A stretch of DNA of 64,000 nt, taken from IMG/VR virus record IMGVR_UViG_3300032265_003789, positions 15,734-79,733 of that record; one strand, 5' to 3'. A program made the position numbers and the translations under genes. The notes under the pieces were generated by a model, which had not been told where the DNA came from, ran no database searches, and worked only from the letters and a program-made list of their open reading frames with translations. Position 1 is the stretch's first letter. Every line of letters begins with the position of its first letter. This stretch comes from a virus. This document shows positions 20,639 through 28,851 of this stretch, piece by piece.

Positions 20639-20818
20639 ATGCTTACAAATTTAGTTCCCGAAAAAGATAAACAATCCAATTCTGTGCTAAGCCATTATCA
20701 ATCAGATTTAGCAAAGGCTCTGGTTGAATTGCGACAAAAAGCAATCAAGCAAGATCTGCAGCTGTGGACAATTGAGCAGATTAACCAAGAGCTGAGCTTA
20801 CGCCGTGGCACAAAATAA
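20639..20818 (+). CDS. 59-aa protein resembling small cyanobacterial antitoxin-like proteins, not in ORF track
   Basis: LAKALVELRQKAI..WTIEQINQELSLRRG. Confidence 0.5.
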   Translation: MLTNLVPEKDKQSNSVLSHYQSDLAKALVELRQKAIKQDLQLWTIEQINQELSLRRGTK

Positions 20819-20939
20819 GCAAAAAATACTGCTTAAAAACAAAGCAGGCGAGTTAATCGAAATCGACATCCAACTGGCTAAATTGGCAATGGCTCAAGCC
20901 CTAAAAACACTGAACGAATCAACCAAAACCCTTGCCTAG
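20805..20939 (+). CDS. 44-aa hypothetical protein, not in ORF track
   Basis: GTG start, MAQNKQKILLKNKAGELIEID...; fills the gap before cas6. Confidence 0.4.
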   Translation: MAQNKQKILLKNKAGELIEIDIQLAKLAMAQALKTLNESTKTLA

Positions 20940-20941
20940 TA

Positions 20942-21640
20942 ATGCTTACAAATTTAGTTACCGAAAGAAATAAACAATCCGATTCTGTGCTAGAGCAATT
21001 TCTAGAATTAGAATTTAAAGTATCAGGCTCATCCTTGCCAGCAGACAACGGATTTTCTCTATATAGTGCAATCAAGGCAATTGCTGGCGATTTACCAGAG
21101 GATATGCTGCTTTGCTCAATTCCCGGCAAATCAGATCCTCCGGGACTAATTAAGATTAACGATGGCTCAAGGCTCAGGCTAAGGGCTAAAGGGAGCGACA
21201 CTGCCTATTACCAACAGGCTTTAGCAGGTAAAATTCTAAATATCAGAAATCACCAAATCAAATTAATTAATATCAGCTTGAAGGAGATAGAGCCAAAAAG
21301 CAAGTTGCAAGCTCGAATTGTGACTTTTAAATTGCTAGGGATCTGGGACTACGGCAATCCTCCGGTTGATAGATTTTGGCACATCTGCAATAAGGCGCTA
21401 GCGACAATTGGCGTTACCGCAAGATTGGATTTTACTAGGGTTAGTTCGCTCAAGATTCACGATAGGTCCGTCTTGGAATTTGGCGTGATTGCCTCTCGAT
21501 TATCCGAGCAAGACTCAATAACCTTGCAGCAAAAGGGTTTAGGGGGAAGAAAACACTTTGGATCGGGATGGTTTTTTAAATTTTCTCAAATTAGGTATAA
21601 ATACCTATTGACCCCCAACGAAAAATCGCATAAGCTATAG
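20942..21640 (+). CDS. cas6: CRISPR-associated endoribonuclease Cas6 (Cmx6/I-MYXAN-like)
   Basis: LEFKVSGSSLPADNGFSLYSAI, LRLR, LQARIVTFK and the C-terminal G-loop LQQKGLGGRKHFGSGWF. Confidence 0.85.
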   Translation: MLTNLVTERNKQSDSVLEQFLELEFKVSGSSLPADNGFSLYSAIKAIAGDLPEDMLLCSIPGKSDPPGLIKINDGSRLRLRAKGSDTAYYQQALAGKILNIRNHQIKLINISLKEIEPKSKLQARIVTFKLLGIWDYGNPPVDRFWHICNKALATIGVTARLDFTRVSSLKIHDRSVLEFGVIASRLSEQDSITLQQKGLGGRKHFGSGWFFKFSQIRYKYLLTPNEKSHKL

Positions 21641-21670
21641 AAAGTTAAGAAATTAATCAATTAGGAGATA
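21588..21670 (+). promoter_or_regulatory. Early promoter with operator, embedded in the cas6 3' end
   Basis: AAATTAGGTATAAATACCTA-TTGACC-N17-TAAGCT ... TTAGGAGATA. Confidence 0.7.
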
Positions 21671-21674
21671 CAAA

Positions 21675-22082
21675 ATGACACTTGCTACTACTTGCCTCAA
21701 CGATCCCATCGAGACCAAATCTTTTGAAGGAGTTCAATTGAGAGGATCCTCTCAATTGCATCGCTTAGCCCAAGAAATTTGCAGCTTGTTTCAAGAAGAG
21801 GAAATGCAGGAAGAAGGATTAGATCCTTCGCACAAATCTCTGTACTATATCAAATCCGTTCCTCATGGAGAATCAACTACAATCATGTTTTGCGACGTTC
21901 GCACGAAAGCTGGTGTCACAGTGCGGTTAAAGGATCTGGCTACAGAAACAATACAGCACTTTGCATTTAGCGGAGGCAAAATATGCCTAGAAGTTGACAC
22001 ATTGCAAGCTCATGGTTTTGGAATTGTTGAAGCTAGTCTTGTCGGTCGGGAAAAAATGTCGCTTGCTGCTCTGACTTGCTAA
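21675..22082 (+). CDS. Hypothetical early protein (135 aa)
   Basis: Strong RBS, own promoter and terminator. Confidence 0.7.
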   Translation: MTLATTCLNDPIETKSFEGVQLRGSSQLHRLAQEICSLFQEEEMQEEGLDPSHKSLYYIKSVPHGESTTIMFCDVRTKAGVTVRLKDLATETIQHFAFSGGKICLEVDTLQAHGFGIVEASLVGREKMSLAALTC

Positions 22083-22087
22083 AAATA

Positions 22088-22119
22088 TTAGGGGCTTGCA
22101 ATAGCCCCAACAAAAAAAA
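22088..22119. terminator. Terminator between convergent genes
   Basis: GGGGCT-tgcaat-AGCCCC followed by an A run (U tract on the minus strand). Confidence 0.6.
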
Positions 22120-22120
22120 G

Positions 22121-22771
22121 TTAGTCCATCTCTGCTTGCTTATTACAAGCGACGTGTGAAATCAATTCAAAAACTCTAGTCCCTCTAATTGGTGCTAGGA
22201 CTTGTTCTGCTTTCCAGAATTCAGGATTGCTGTGAAGCTTGAGCAGATTTTGTGATTTGTAGTTTCCGCTGAGTATTTCTGTCTTCGTAAGCTCCAAGCC
22301 CATTAATAATTCAAATTGCTCTAGATTTTCTGTAAATTTAGCTCGATCAATTTCCAGTAAATCCAATTCGAAAAGCACAGGGAATCTATCTTTTTCTTGA
22401 GCTTCTTGAGCTAGAAATAGGATATGCTTTTGCCCACTTTCAGCTATAGCAATTGTAAAAGGTGGCTCAGGTGGATTTATAAGCCACTGCCTGATTAGCG
22501 ATCTATTGGGCAAAGTATGCACGCGATCACCTTCAAAAATTGGATAGGATTGCTGGTTGGAAAGCAGCCAGCTAAATGTGCGAGAAAATAAAAGCCCTTC
22601 CTTTTTTGTATTGGGATTGTAATACTTGACGCGCATGGGAATCACCCAAGCGCACCTATCGCACCAAAGCTTAGATTCTGGTACTTTGGCTCTAGAGTGA
22701 GCTGTAAAGGTATCTTTTAAACTTAGTGATTTAGTGGCTCCTTGAGCTCCACACAAATAACAGAAATTCAT
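22121..22771 (-). CDS. csf1: Type IV CRISPR large subunit Csf1 (Cas8-like)
   Basis: CYLCG...FTAH...WCDRC Zn finger and LINPPEPPF..ESGQKH motif; adjacent to csf2/csf3; probable start MNFCYLCG. Confidence 0.75.
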   Translation of the reverse strand: MNFCYLCGAQGATKSLSLKDTFTAHSRAKVPESKLWCDRCAWVIPMRVKYYNPNTKKEGLLFSRTFSWLLSNQQSYPIFEGDRVHTLPNRSLIRQWLINPPEPPFTIAIAESGQKHILFLAQEAQEKDRFPVLFELDLLEIDRAKFTENLEQFELLMGLELTKTEILSGNYKSQNLLKLHSNPEFWKAEQVLAPIRGTRVFELISHVACNKQAEMD

Positions 22772-22822
22772 ATTTTTAGTAATTGGTATATTGATATAAA
22801 TCAATCAAACCATACTAGTAAT

Positions 22823-23338
22823 ATGCTTGGATTTGCTACAGACGATAGGATTACTTCACTAGCTGCTGCTTTAAGCTATTGGGTTTTTAGGTGCCGAGAT
22901 ACCAGTTCAGCAGCAAACGGGCTAAAAACCTGGGAGTACATGCAGTCTTCTATACAAAACGCTGCCACACCTTCAAGAAGCCTTAGTGACTATTTAGTGA
23001 ATCTTTCGCTCAAGCTTTCAGTCCCTACGCTCAAGCCCAATATCTGGCGCCAGATAGTTCAACCTAATCAGGTTGTCCTAAGAGCTGCTATTTCAGAAGA
23101 TGGCAGCTTGGGTGATTTGCAACAATTCAACAAAGATCAAGCTTTAGCCTATCAAGATTGGGAGCAATTGATTCACCAATGGCGCATTGAGTACGGAATT
23201 ACTGAAAGGCACGTTCTGAGGGTTTGCTTAAATAGACCTCAACTAGTAACTCTATACGTGAGGCTCAAGCACGAAGAAGAAAAGCTTAATTGGCAAAACA
23301 ATACACAAGAAAATAAAGGAGACACTATCGATGTTTAG
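22823..23338 (+). CDS. Putative type IV-B small subunit (Cas11-like)
   Basis: Alpha-helical protein (KTWEYMQSSIQNAA..SLSDYL..L..KL) directly upstream of csf2, the Cas11 position. Confidence 0.55.
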   Translation: MLGFATDDRITSLAAALSYWVFRCRDTSSAANGLKTWEYMQSSIQNAATPSRSLSDYLVNLSLKLSVPTLKPNIWRQIVQPNQVVLRAAISEDGSLGDLQQFNKDQALAYQDWEQLIHQWRIEYGITERHVLRVCLNRPQLVTLYVRLKHEEEKLNWQNNTQENKGDTIDV

Positions 23339-24488
23339 TACTTACAATCCAGACAAACGCCATCGCATTACTTTTCACCTTGTATTAGAAACTCTAGCTC
23401 CTTTGAGCCATATTGGGGAGACCGTGGGCAATCAAGCCAATTTGCGGACAGTAACCCTGACTGATATTGAAGGTGAACCTACTCCTATATTCTGCCTATC
23501 CGGGAATTCATTGAGAAATAGAATATTGCGCAGAGTAGGGATTGACGATATGCTCTCTCGCCTAAAAATCACAGTAAATCCACTTTTGCATCATGCACTT
23601 TTTTGTGGGGGCGCTCTTGATGGAGGCACTTCTAATAATCTTGAATTAGATAAAAAAATTAGGCAATTCTTACCACCAATTTCTTTATTGGGCACAGCTA
23701 AACCTAAAGGGGTTTTTGGTGCTACTGATGCCCAAATGATTGGCGGTAGGCTCAATGTGGGTGATGCCGCGCTGGTCTGCTACGAAAGCGCATTAGCAAT
23801 TTTTAATACTTTTAAGCCGGCTTTACCAGTTGAAGTAATTGAAGCTTTAACTCAAATTGAAAACGCCAAAAGGACTTTAGAAGCAGAACGAGTGCAGGCT
23901 TTTTTATCTGGCAAAGAATCTACTAATACAGGTTTAGATTACAAGGAAACCTTGAAGTATTGGCTGCCTTTTTTAGAGCAAAAGCTCAGACCCTACCCAC
24001 ACTGGCTTACCTATATACAAAAAACCAGACGCGATTCTCACCATGATCCCAATTTGGTAAAGCACCTTTTACCAGCAGCCGGCAAAGTTCAACAAACGCT
24101 TTTTGATTCTGGAGAAACTAAAAAGGAAAAACCCAAGAGTAATCAGATGATCATGGGTTCATGGTTAATACAACAAGGCGCAACCTTGTATTCTCGGTGG
24201 GACGGATATATCACAGATGTCGAGGAAGGTTTTATTGCTCGGGCTATATTGGCTTGGGCAGATTCTCCTTACGTCGGTGGGCAAGCTAATACAGGCTGTG
24301 GTAAGGTTGCAGCTAAAATCTATTATTCCAGTGAGGGGGAAATAGGGGACTGGATGCTGGTACAAGAAGGCAAACATACCTTGACTGAGCGCTCAGCCAA
24401 ACAACAGGCAAGATACGATCAATACCTTCACGAATACGAACAATATTTAGAACAAAATTCAAACGAAATTGCAGGTATACTAGGATGA
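23331..24488 (+). CDS. csf2: Type IV CRISPR backbone Csf2 (Cas7 RAMP)
   Basis: LETLAPLSHIG, LSGNSLRNRILRR, LFCGGAL, PPISLLG, MIGGRLNVG and the C-terminal VGGQANTGCG G-loop. Confidence 0.85.
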   Translation: MFSTYNPDKRHRITFHLVLETLAPLSHIGETVGNQANLRTVTLTDIEGEPTPIFCLSGNSLRNRILRRVGIDDMLSRLKITVNPLLHHALFCGGALDGGTSNNLELDKKIRQFLPPISLLGTAKPKGVFGATDAQMIGGRLNVGDAALVCYESALAIFNTFKPALPVEVIEALTQIENAKRTLEAERVQAFLSGKESTNTGLDYKETLKYWLPFLEQKLRPYPHWLTYIQKTRRDSHHDPNLVKHLLPAAGKVQQTLFDSGETKKEKPKSNQMIMGSWLIQQGATLYSRWDGYITDVEEGFIARAILAWADSPYVGGQANTGCGKVAAKIYYSSEGEIGDWMLVQEGKHTLTERSAKQQARYDQYLHEYEQYLEQNSNEIAGILG

Positions 24489-25165
24489 CTCCTTTACAAA
24501 TTACAGCGCACCTTTCACGACCTTTAGCCACTACTGATAGCCTTTCTCCAGCGATTGAAGGATTGATTGAATATAAGCTCAGAGAAGAACTAGGGCTACT
24601 AGATCCCAATCCACAAAAGCTTGAAGAAATAACACAGATAGATTTACCCCTACTAAAAAACAAATTGGGATTTTATCACTGTAGCTCTCCACACTATCTT
24701 TACAGCAAAGAAGAGCAAGTCAATTTTCGTAAGCGCTGGGATTATCAGGATAGGCACTTAGACTGGGGCAAAAAGAAAGCCAAGGTTGATACAAGTCAAG
24801 GGCAGTTCAAGTCTTACGATATGCCACTTTTTTTGCGTACGATTAGTAGAATTGACTGGTTCGTGGTAGGAGAGCAAGAGACAATTTTAAGATTACTCAA
24901 AAACGTAACTCACCTAGGCAAAAAACGCAGTCAAGGATATGGGTTGGTTACTAGCTGGACTGCTCAAGAAATTCCAGGGGATTGGTCAATAATTGGCCCA
25001 GACAACAGGCTTAGACGACCGGTTCCAGTAGAGCTATTTACTCCTAAGTTGCCTGAGCACAAACAACTAGCAGCCTGGAAATTACCAAGCTGGCACCACG
25101 AATCTACTAGCCTTTGCTGGGTACCAAGCGTGAATATTAAGCAGGAGAATTGTCTTGCCTCTTAG
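24485..25165 (+). CDS. csf3: Type IV CRISPR Csf3 (Cas5 RAMP)
   Basis: MTPLQITAHL, GQFKSYDMPL, WFVVG..LL..VTHLGKKRSQGYGLV..W, LRRPVP. Confidence 0.85.
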   Translation: MTPLQITAHLSRPLATTDSLSPAIEGLIEYKLREELGLLDPNPQKLEEITQIDLPLLKNKLGFYHCSSPHYLYSKEEQVNFRKRWDYQDRHLDWGKKKAKVDTSQGQFKSYDMPLFLRTISRIDWFVVGEQETILRLLKNVTHLGKKRSQGYGLVTSWTAQEIPGDWSIIGPDNRLRRPVPVELFTPKLPEHKQLAAWKLPSWHHESTSLCWVPSVNIKQENCLAS

Positions 25166-25892
25166 CAAAGGCTCTGGCTTACAAATTCCTTGGCTCAAGC
25201 CCAAAATCAACAAGGCTCTAGATTTAATTAAGCAGTGGCTAGAGCTTTGTGATCATCAGGTTTATTGCGCGGTTTCGGGCGGTAAGGACAGCTTGGTTTT
25301 AAGCCATTTAGTGCAACAAGTATATCCAGATTGCCCAAACCTTTGGATTAATCAAGGCCCTTTGGCTGAATGGGATGATTGTATTGAATTGTTGTCAACT
25401 TTCAATAATTTGATTGAATTGTGTCCGAGAAGGTCTTTATTAAAGTTGTATTGTGATTACGGGCTTAATTTTGATGGCACAATGCACACAAAATTAGACA
25501 AAATCATAAATCAAATTTTAATTTATGATCCACTTGATGAGTACATTGAGCAACATCAAATAAAAGGTTCTGCCGTAGGGATTAGATCTCAAGAATCAAA
25601 AGCAAGACTTTTAAATCTTGCCAGAAGAGGACTATTGTATCAAATGAAAGACAAATCTTGGAAGTGCTGCGCAATCGGAAAATGGACAACTCAAGATATT
25701 TGGAACTATATTGATCACCATAAATTGATCTATCCTGCAATTTATGATTTAGACAGGTATACAGTTAGAAACGGGCCGCCTAACGGAACTACCGGCGCCA
25801 ATAGGGGGCGAATAACTTTTCTTAAACGACACTACCCTGAGCTCTATCATCAATTTATTCAAGCTTTTCCCGAAGTAAAAGACCACTGCTAA
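25155..25892 (+). CDS. cysH: CysH/PAPS-reductase-family (PP-loop) protein, type IV-B accessory
   Basis: VSGGKDS PP-loop, GIRSQESKAR, W..QDIWNYI; coupled to csf3. Confidence 0.8.
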   Translation: MPLSKGSGLQIPWLKPKINKALDLIKQWLELCDHQVYCAVSGGKDSLVLSHLVQQVYPDCPNLWINQGPLAEWDDCIELLSTFNNLIELCPRRSLLKLYCDYGLNFDGTMHTKLDKIINQILIYDPLDEYIEQHQIKGSAVGIRSQESKARLLNLARRGLLYQMKDKSWKCCAIGKWTTQDIWNYIDHHKLIYPAIYDLDRYTVRNGPPNGTTGANRGRITFLKRHYPELYHQFIQAFPEVKDHC

Positions 25893-25903
25893 AATATTTT
25901 CCC

Positions 25904-25982
25904 AAATTAAGTATAAATACTTATTGACCCCTAATAGGAAATGGATTAAGCTATAAAAGTTAAGAAATTAATTAGGAGATAC
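25904..25982 (+). promoter_or_regulatory. Early promoter with operator
   Basis: AAATTAAGTATAAATACTTA-TTGACC-N17-TAAGCT ... TTAGGAGATA. Confidence 0.7.
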
Positions 25983-25985
25983 GAG

Positions 25986-26213
25986 ATGTCAATGGAATTA
26001 TTTTTACGTGACGGCAAGTTGTATTACAGAACCGCTAAAGGGGACGTATTTGTCCTCAACGGACTACGTAGCGAGATCATCAGAAACCCTTTCAATTATT
26101 TGGTTCACAGCGCAGTCTGTGACGCCACGGATACTTTCAACCTTATTGCCTCAAAAGAGGTAATCGCTGATCTAGTAGAATCTCTAGAAGCAGCCAGTGA
26201 AGTCGGATTTTAG
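25986..26213 (+). CDS. Hypothetical early protein (75 aa)
   Basis: AGGAG RBS after the promoter. Confidence 0.65.
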   Translation: MSMELFLRDGKLYYRTAKGDVFVLNGLRSEIIRNPFNYLVHSAVCDATDTFNLIASKEVIADLVESLEAASEVGF

Positions 26214-26231
26214 CAGATTTAGGAGAAAATC

Positions 26232-26717
26232 ATGAAACCAATCAATACTACCGCCAGATTGTACTTTCAAATTGAAAACCTTGAATTGTCCGAGGTTGTG
26301 AGAATTTGCCAGCTAACTAAATGCTTAGAGGACAATCCCCTCCTAGGCTACCTTGCCAGAATTGGCAGTTTTGCCCCCACGTCTGTAGAAGACTGGTTGT
26401 CAATTGTCAACCTGTGTCAGAAAGAAATCCAAAGGGTTGGCTATGTTTTTAGCTCACTAGATACAACAGTGGAGCTAAAAGATTTTGTAGATATAGCCAG
26501 CGATGGACACGCGGTTACAGGTCTAAGTTACGACCGTGGCAATTATCAAATTGTCATTACACACAAATGGGATTCAACATCCCTGCGCTCTTGGGCAGTA
26601 GAATTTCATTGCAATGAGGTCACTTCGCAATTTGAGAATTTTAGATTTGAGGTGGCAGACGCCATCGCATCTCAAAGAGCAATCACTAGGAAGATCTCGC
26701 ATCTGCTAGCTGCCTAG
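26232..26717 (+). CDS. Hypothetical early protein (161 aa)
   Basis: AGGAG RBS; co-transcribed with the preceding gene. Confidence 0.65.
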   Translation: MKPINTTARLYFQIENLELSEVVRICQLTKCLEDNPLLGYLARIGSFAPTSVEDWLSIVNLCQKEIQRVGYVFSSLDTTVELKDFVDIASDGHAVTGLSYDRGNYQIVITHKWDSTSLRSWAVEFHCNEVTSQFENFRFEVADAIASQRAITRKISHLLAA

Positions 26718-26819
26718 TATAATAGAAGTTGACTTTAAGATTTGTACGATGTAGCCTTGGCAATTGCCAGGGCTATTGTTATTGATAAGATAAGTGTATT
26801 ATTTATATTTTTAATACAT

Positions 26820-27596
26820 ATGGCTTTACGAGTTACCTTGAGCGAATCAGGTGATTATGCTCTCACAATAGATGCTGCTGATTTGGAGCAAATAACATCT
26901 CAGGTCACTGGGATTTTTGATTTAAAATCTTTAAATGTTCCAGCCGCTAATCTAGCGGGAGATGCTCTCCCTCAATCGATTAATCAGCCTCTTAATGATT
27001 TTCAATATCGCTATACTCTTACGGTAGATACTTCAAATTTGCAGCAAATCCCACCTCAAGTTACTGCAATTCTAAATTTACAATCAAATAGTTCAACAGC
27101 TCCAGTTTTGCCAAAGCCAGTTCCTCTAGTTCTGCCTCGACTGCCTAGTCAGGCTCAAATCGATGCGCGTTTCAAGTACCTCAACAATACAATCAAACAA
27201 CTTTTAAAATCCGAGTTAGGGCAGTACGAATTAGTCAAAGCAAGCAAGGTGATCAAGACATTGCCAGCGGTTTGGACTGAGCCACCTGTATTGCCAACAG
27301 AATACAGGATGAAAGAAAAATCTGGTATCGAGGTGATAATCTCCAGAGAAAGCGATCTTTCACAGCAATCAGCCTTCAACAACGTATTGGAGCTCTACGA
27401 AAAATACACGCTGACACTGAGGCAATATGACACAGCAAAAACAACTCAACTTGCAGTGACTAAATTGCTCAACTCCAATCTTTTTGTGATTATTGATCAA
27501 CCTAGGACTGTACCCTATACCCAGCTCAGCAGCGGTCTAGTCTACGAAACCACAACCGTCAAGATCACCTCAGCTAGTTGGTATTTAAGGAGTTAA
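26820..27596 (+). CDS. Putative tail terminator/completion protein with N-terminal extension
   Basis: Directly upstream of the tail tube gene; probable start MALRVT at 26820. Confidence 0.45.
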   Translation: MALRVTLSESGDYALTIDAADLEQITSQVTGIFDLKSLNVPAANLAGDALPQSINQPLNDFQYRYTLTVDTSNLQQIPPQVTAILNLQSNSSTAPVLPKPVPLVLPRLPSQAQIDARFKYLNNTIKQLLKSELGQYELVKASKVIKTLPAVWTEPPVLPTEYRMKEKSGIEVIISRESDLSQQSAFNNVLELYEKYTLTLRQYDTAKTTQLAVTKLLNSNLFVIIDQPRTVPYTQLSSGLVYETTTVKITSASWYLRS

Positions 27597-27610
27597 TACA
27601 GCTATGTTAA

Positions 27611-27647
27611 AATACAAATAAACTTAATCGATTAAGGTATTTGTATT
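27611..27647. promoter_or_regulatory. Long palindrome immediately before the tail tube start codon
   Basis: AATACAAATA-aa-CTTAATCGATTAAG-g-TATTTGTATT. Confidence 0.45.
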
Positions 27648-27651
27648 AAAT

Positions 27652-28599
27652 ATGGCAGTTTTAAATTATTCACGTGTTGTCAACGACAAGACCTCATACA
27701 CTCCAGGTCAAGACACTAAAATTTTAATTTCTCCCGCGTACGCGCGCGGTAGCGCTGTGCCCTTTGTCACAGTTTATTTAGCTGGTAACGCGACCCCTCA
27801 AGGTGCAAGTGCAACTGTTGAAGTAGTTGTTGCCAATGGTGTAATTGTTGACTTGACAATTACTAATGGTGGAGAGGGTTACAACGATGGCGCGGTCATT
27901 TCTTTCTCTGGCTCAGGCAGTGGCGCTAGCGCTACTTTGATTGTTGAAGGCGGTGTGGTTACTGGCTATAGTGACCTAATTGGTGGTATTGGCTATGGCG
28001 CAACTGGCACTACTGCTACAATTGTTGGTTTTACAAACGCTAGTGGGGCGATTACAGTTGGTACTCAAGAGCTGATTCTAGATGCTCCCTTGCCAGATCT
28101 CTATGAAGGTACTAGATTACCTTTTCTAGATAATGGCGTACTCAAACCAGTGTACGTCTCACAATTTACCCCAGCAGGTAGCCAAGCTGTGCCAATTCTG
28201 CCTAGCAGATATAATATTGCTGTTAGCGCTCAAGCAAAGGTAAAAGCTTTTATCCCTCTGTTTAGTGCAAACCAAGTTAACCTTGATCAAAAAGCAGACG
28301 TGATTAAAGAGCTTAACTTCAGCGCTGGCTTGTTCTACCAAAAAGCGGTCACTGGAATTGACGGTACAGCTTCAGCTCAAGGTACCCAGGTCTACGGAGA
28401 CCCTGGGTTAAACGTACTTGAAAGAGCAAACCTTAACGCTCAGTTAGTATACGTGACCGTGCTCAAAGGCTCCCAGCGTGGCGGCGCATCTTTTGAAGCG
28501 ATTGTTGCTGGCTTGCCTGAATCTGTACAAAGAAACGGGTTCTTCCAGCAAACAATCAATTTTGAGCCTAGTGGCGCTGTTGATAAATTTGATTATTAA
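27652..28599 (+). CDS. Major tail (tube) protein with inserted Gly-rich domain
   Basis: GTQVYGDPG..FQQTINFEPSG tube-like C-terminus; ITNGGEGY insert; followed by chaperone genes. Confidence 0.65.
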   Translation: MAVLNYSRVVNDKTSYTPGQDTKILISPAYARGSAVPFVTVYLAGNATPQGASATVEVVVANGVIVDLTITNGGEGYNDGAVISFSGSGSGASATLIVEGGVVTGYSDLIGGIGYGATGTTATIVGFTNASGAITVGTQELILDAPLPDLYEGTRLPFLDNGVLKPVYVSQFTPAGSQAVPILPSRYNIAVSAQAKVKAFIPLFSANQVNLDQKADVIKELNFSAGLFYQKAVTGIDGTASAQGTQVYGDPGLNVLERANLNAQLVYVTVLKGSQRGGASFEAIVAGLPESVQRNGFFQQTINFEPSGAVDKFDY

Positions 28600-28851
28600 G
28601 CAGCAAAATCAATTTGAGATATTACGCTCTCACTGGAGTGAGGGCGATCTCATTTGGATAGCAAACGCTAGGAGATATAGGCAAAAACTCCTAGCTAATT
28701 TTTGCTATTTTGCCCCGACAATCAGGCAAAATATTTTGATTTTATATCCAGATGAGGCGAAATCCCAAAGTATTAAAATAGTAATACCGCGCGAGCTTTT
28801 GCATCAAAGTTCAGCGCGTTTACTCACCAATTTTGAACTATCAATCCAAAC

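Larger units (their letters stand above)
20623..20992 (+). repeat. 67-bp direct repeat (20623-20689 and 20926-20992)
   Basis: 62/67 identity by eye; each copy contains the start codon and first 17 codons of the following ORF. Confidence 0.85.

Noticed and set aside
25155-25892. cysH as a sulfur-assimilation auxiliary gene or DndC
   Set aside because: Translationally coupled to csf3 as in type IV-B loci; no other cys or dnd genes in the window.
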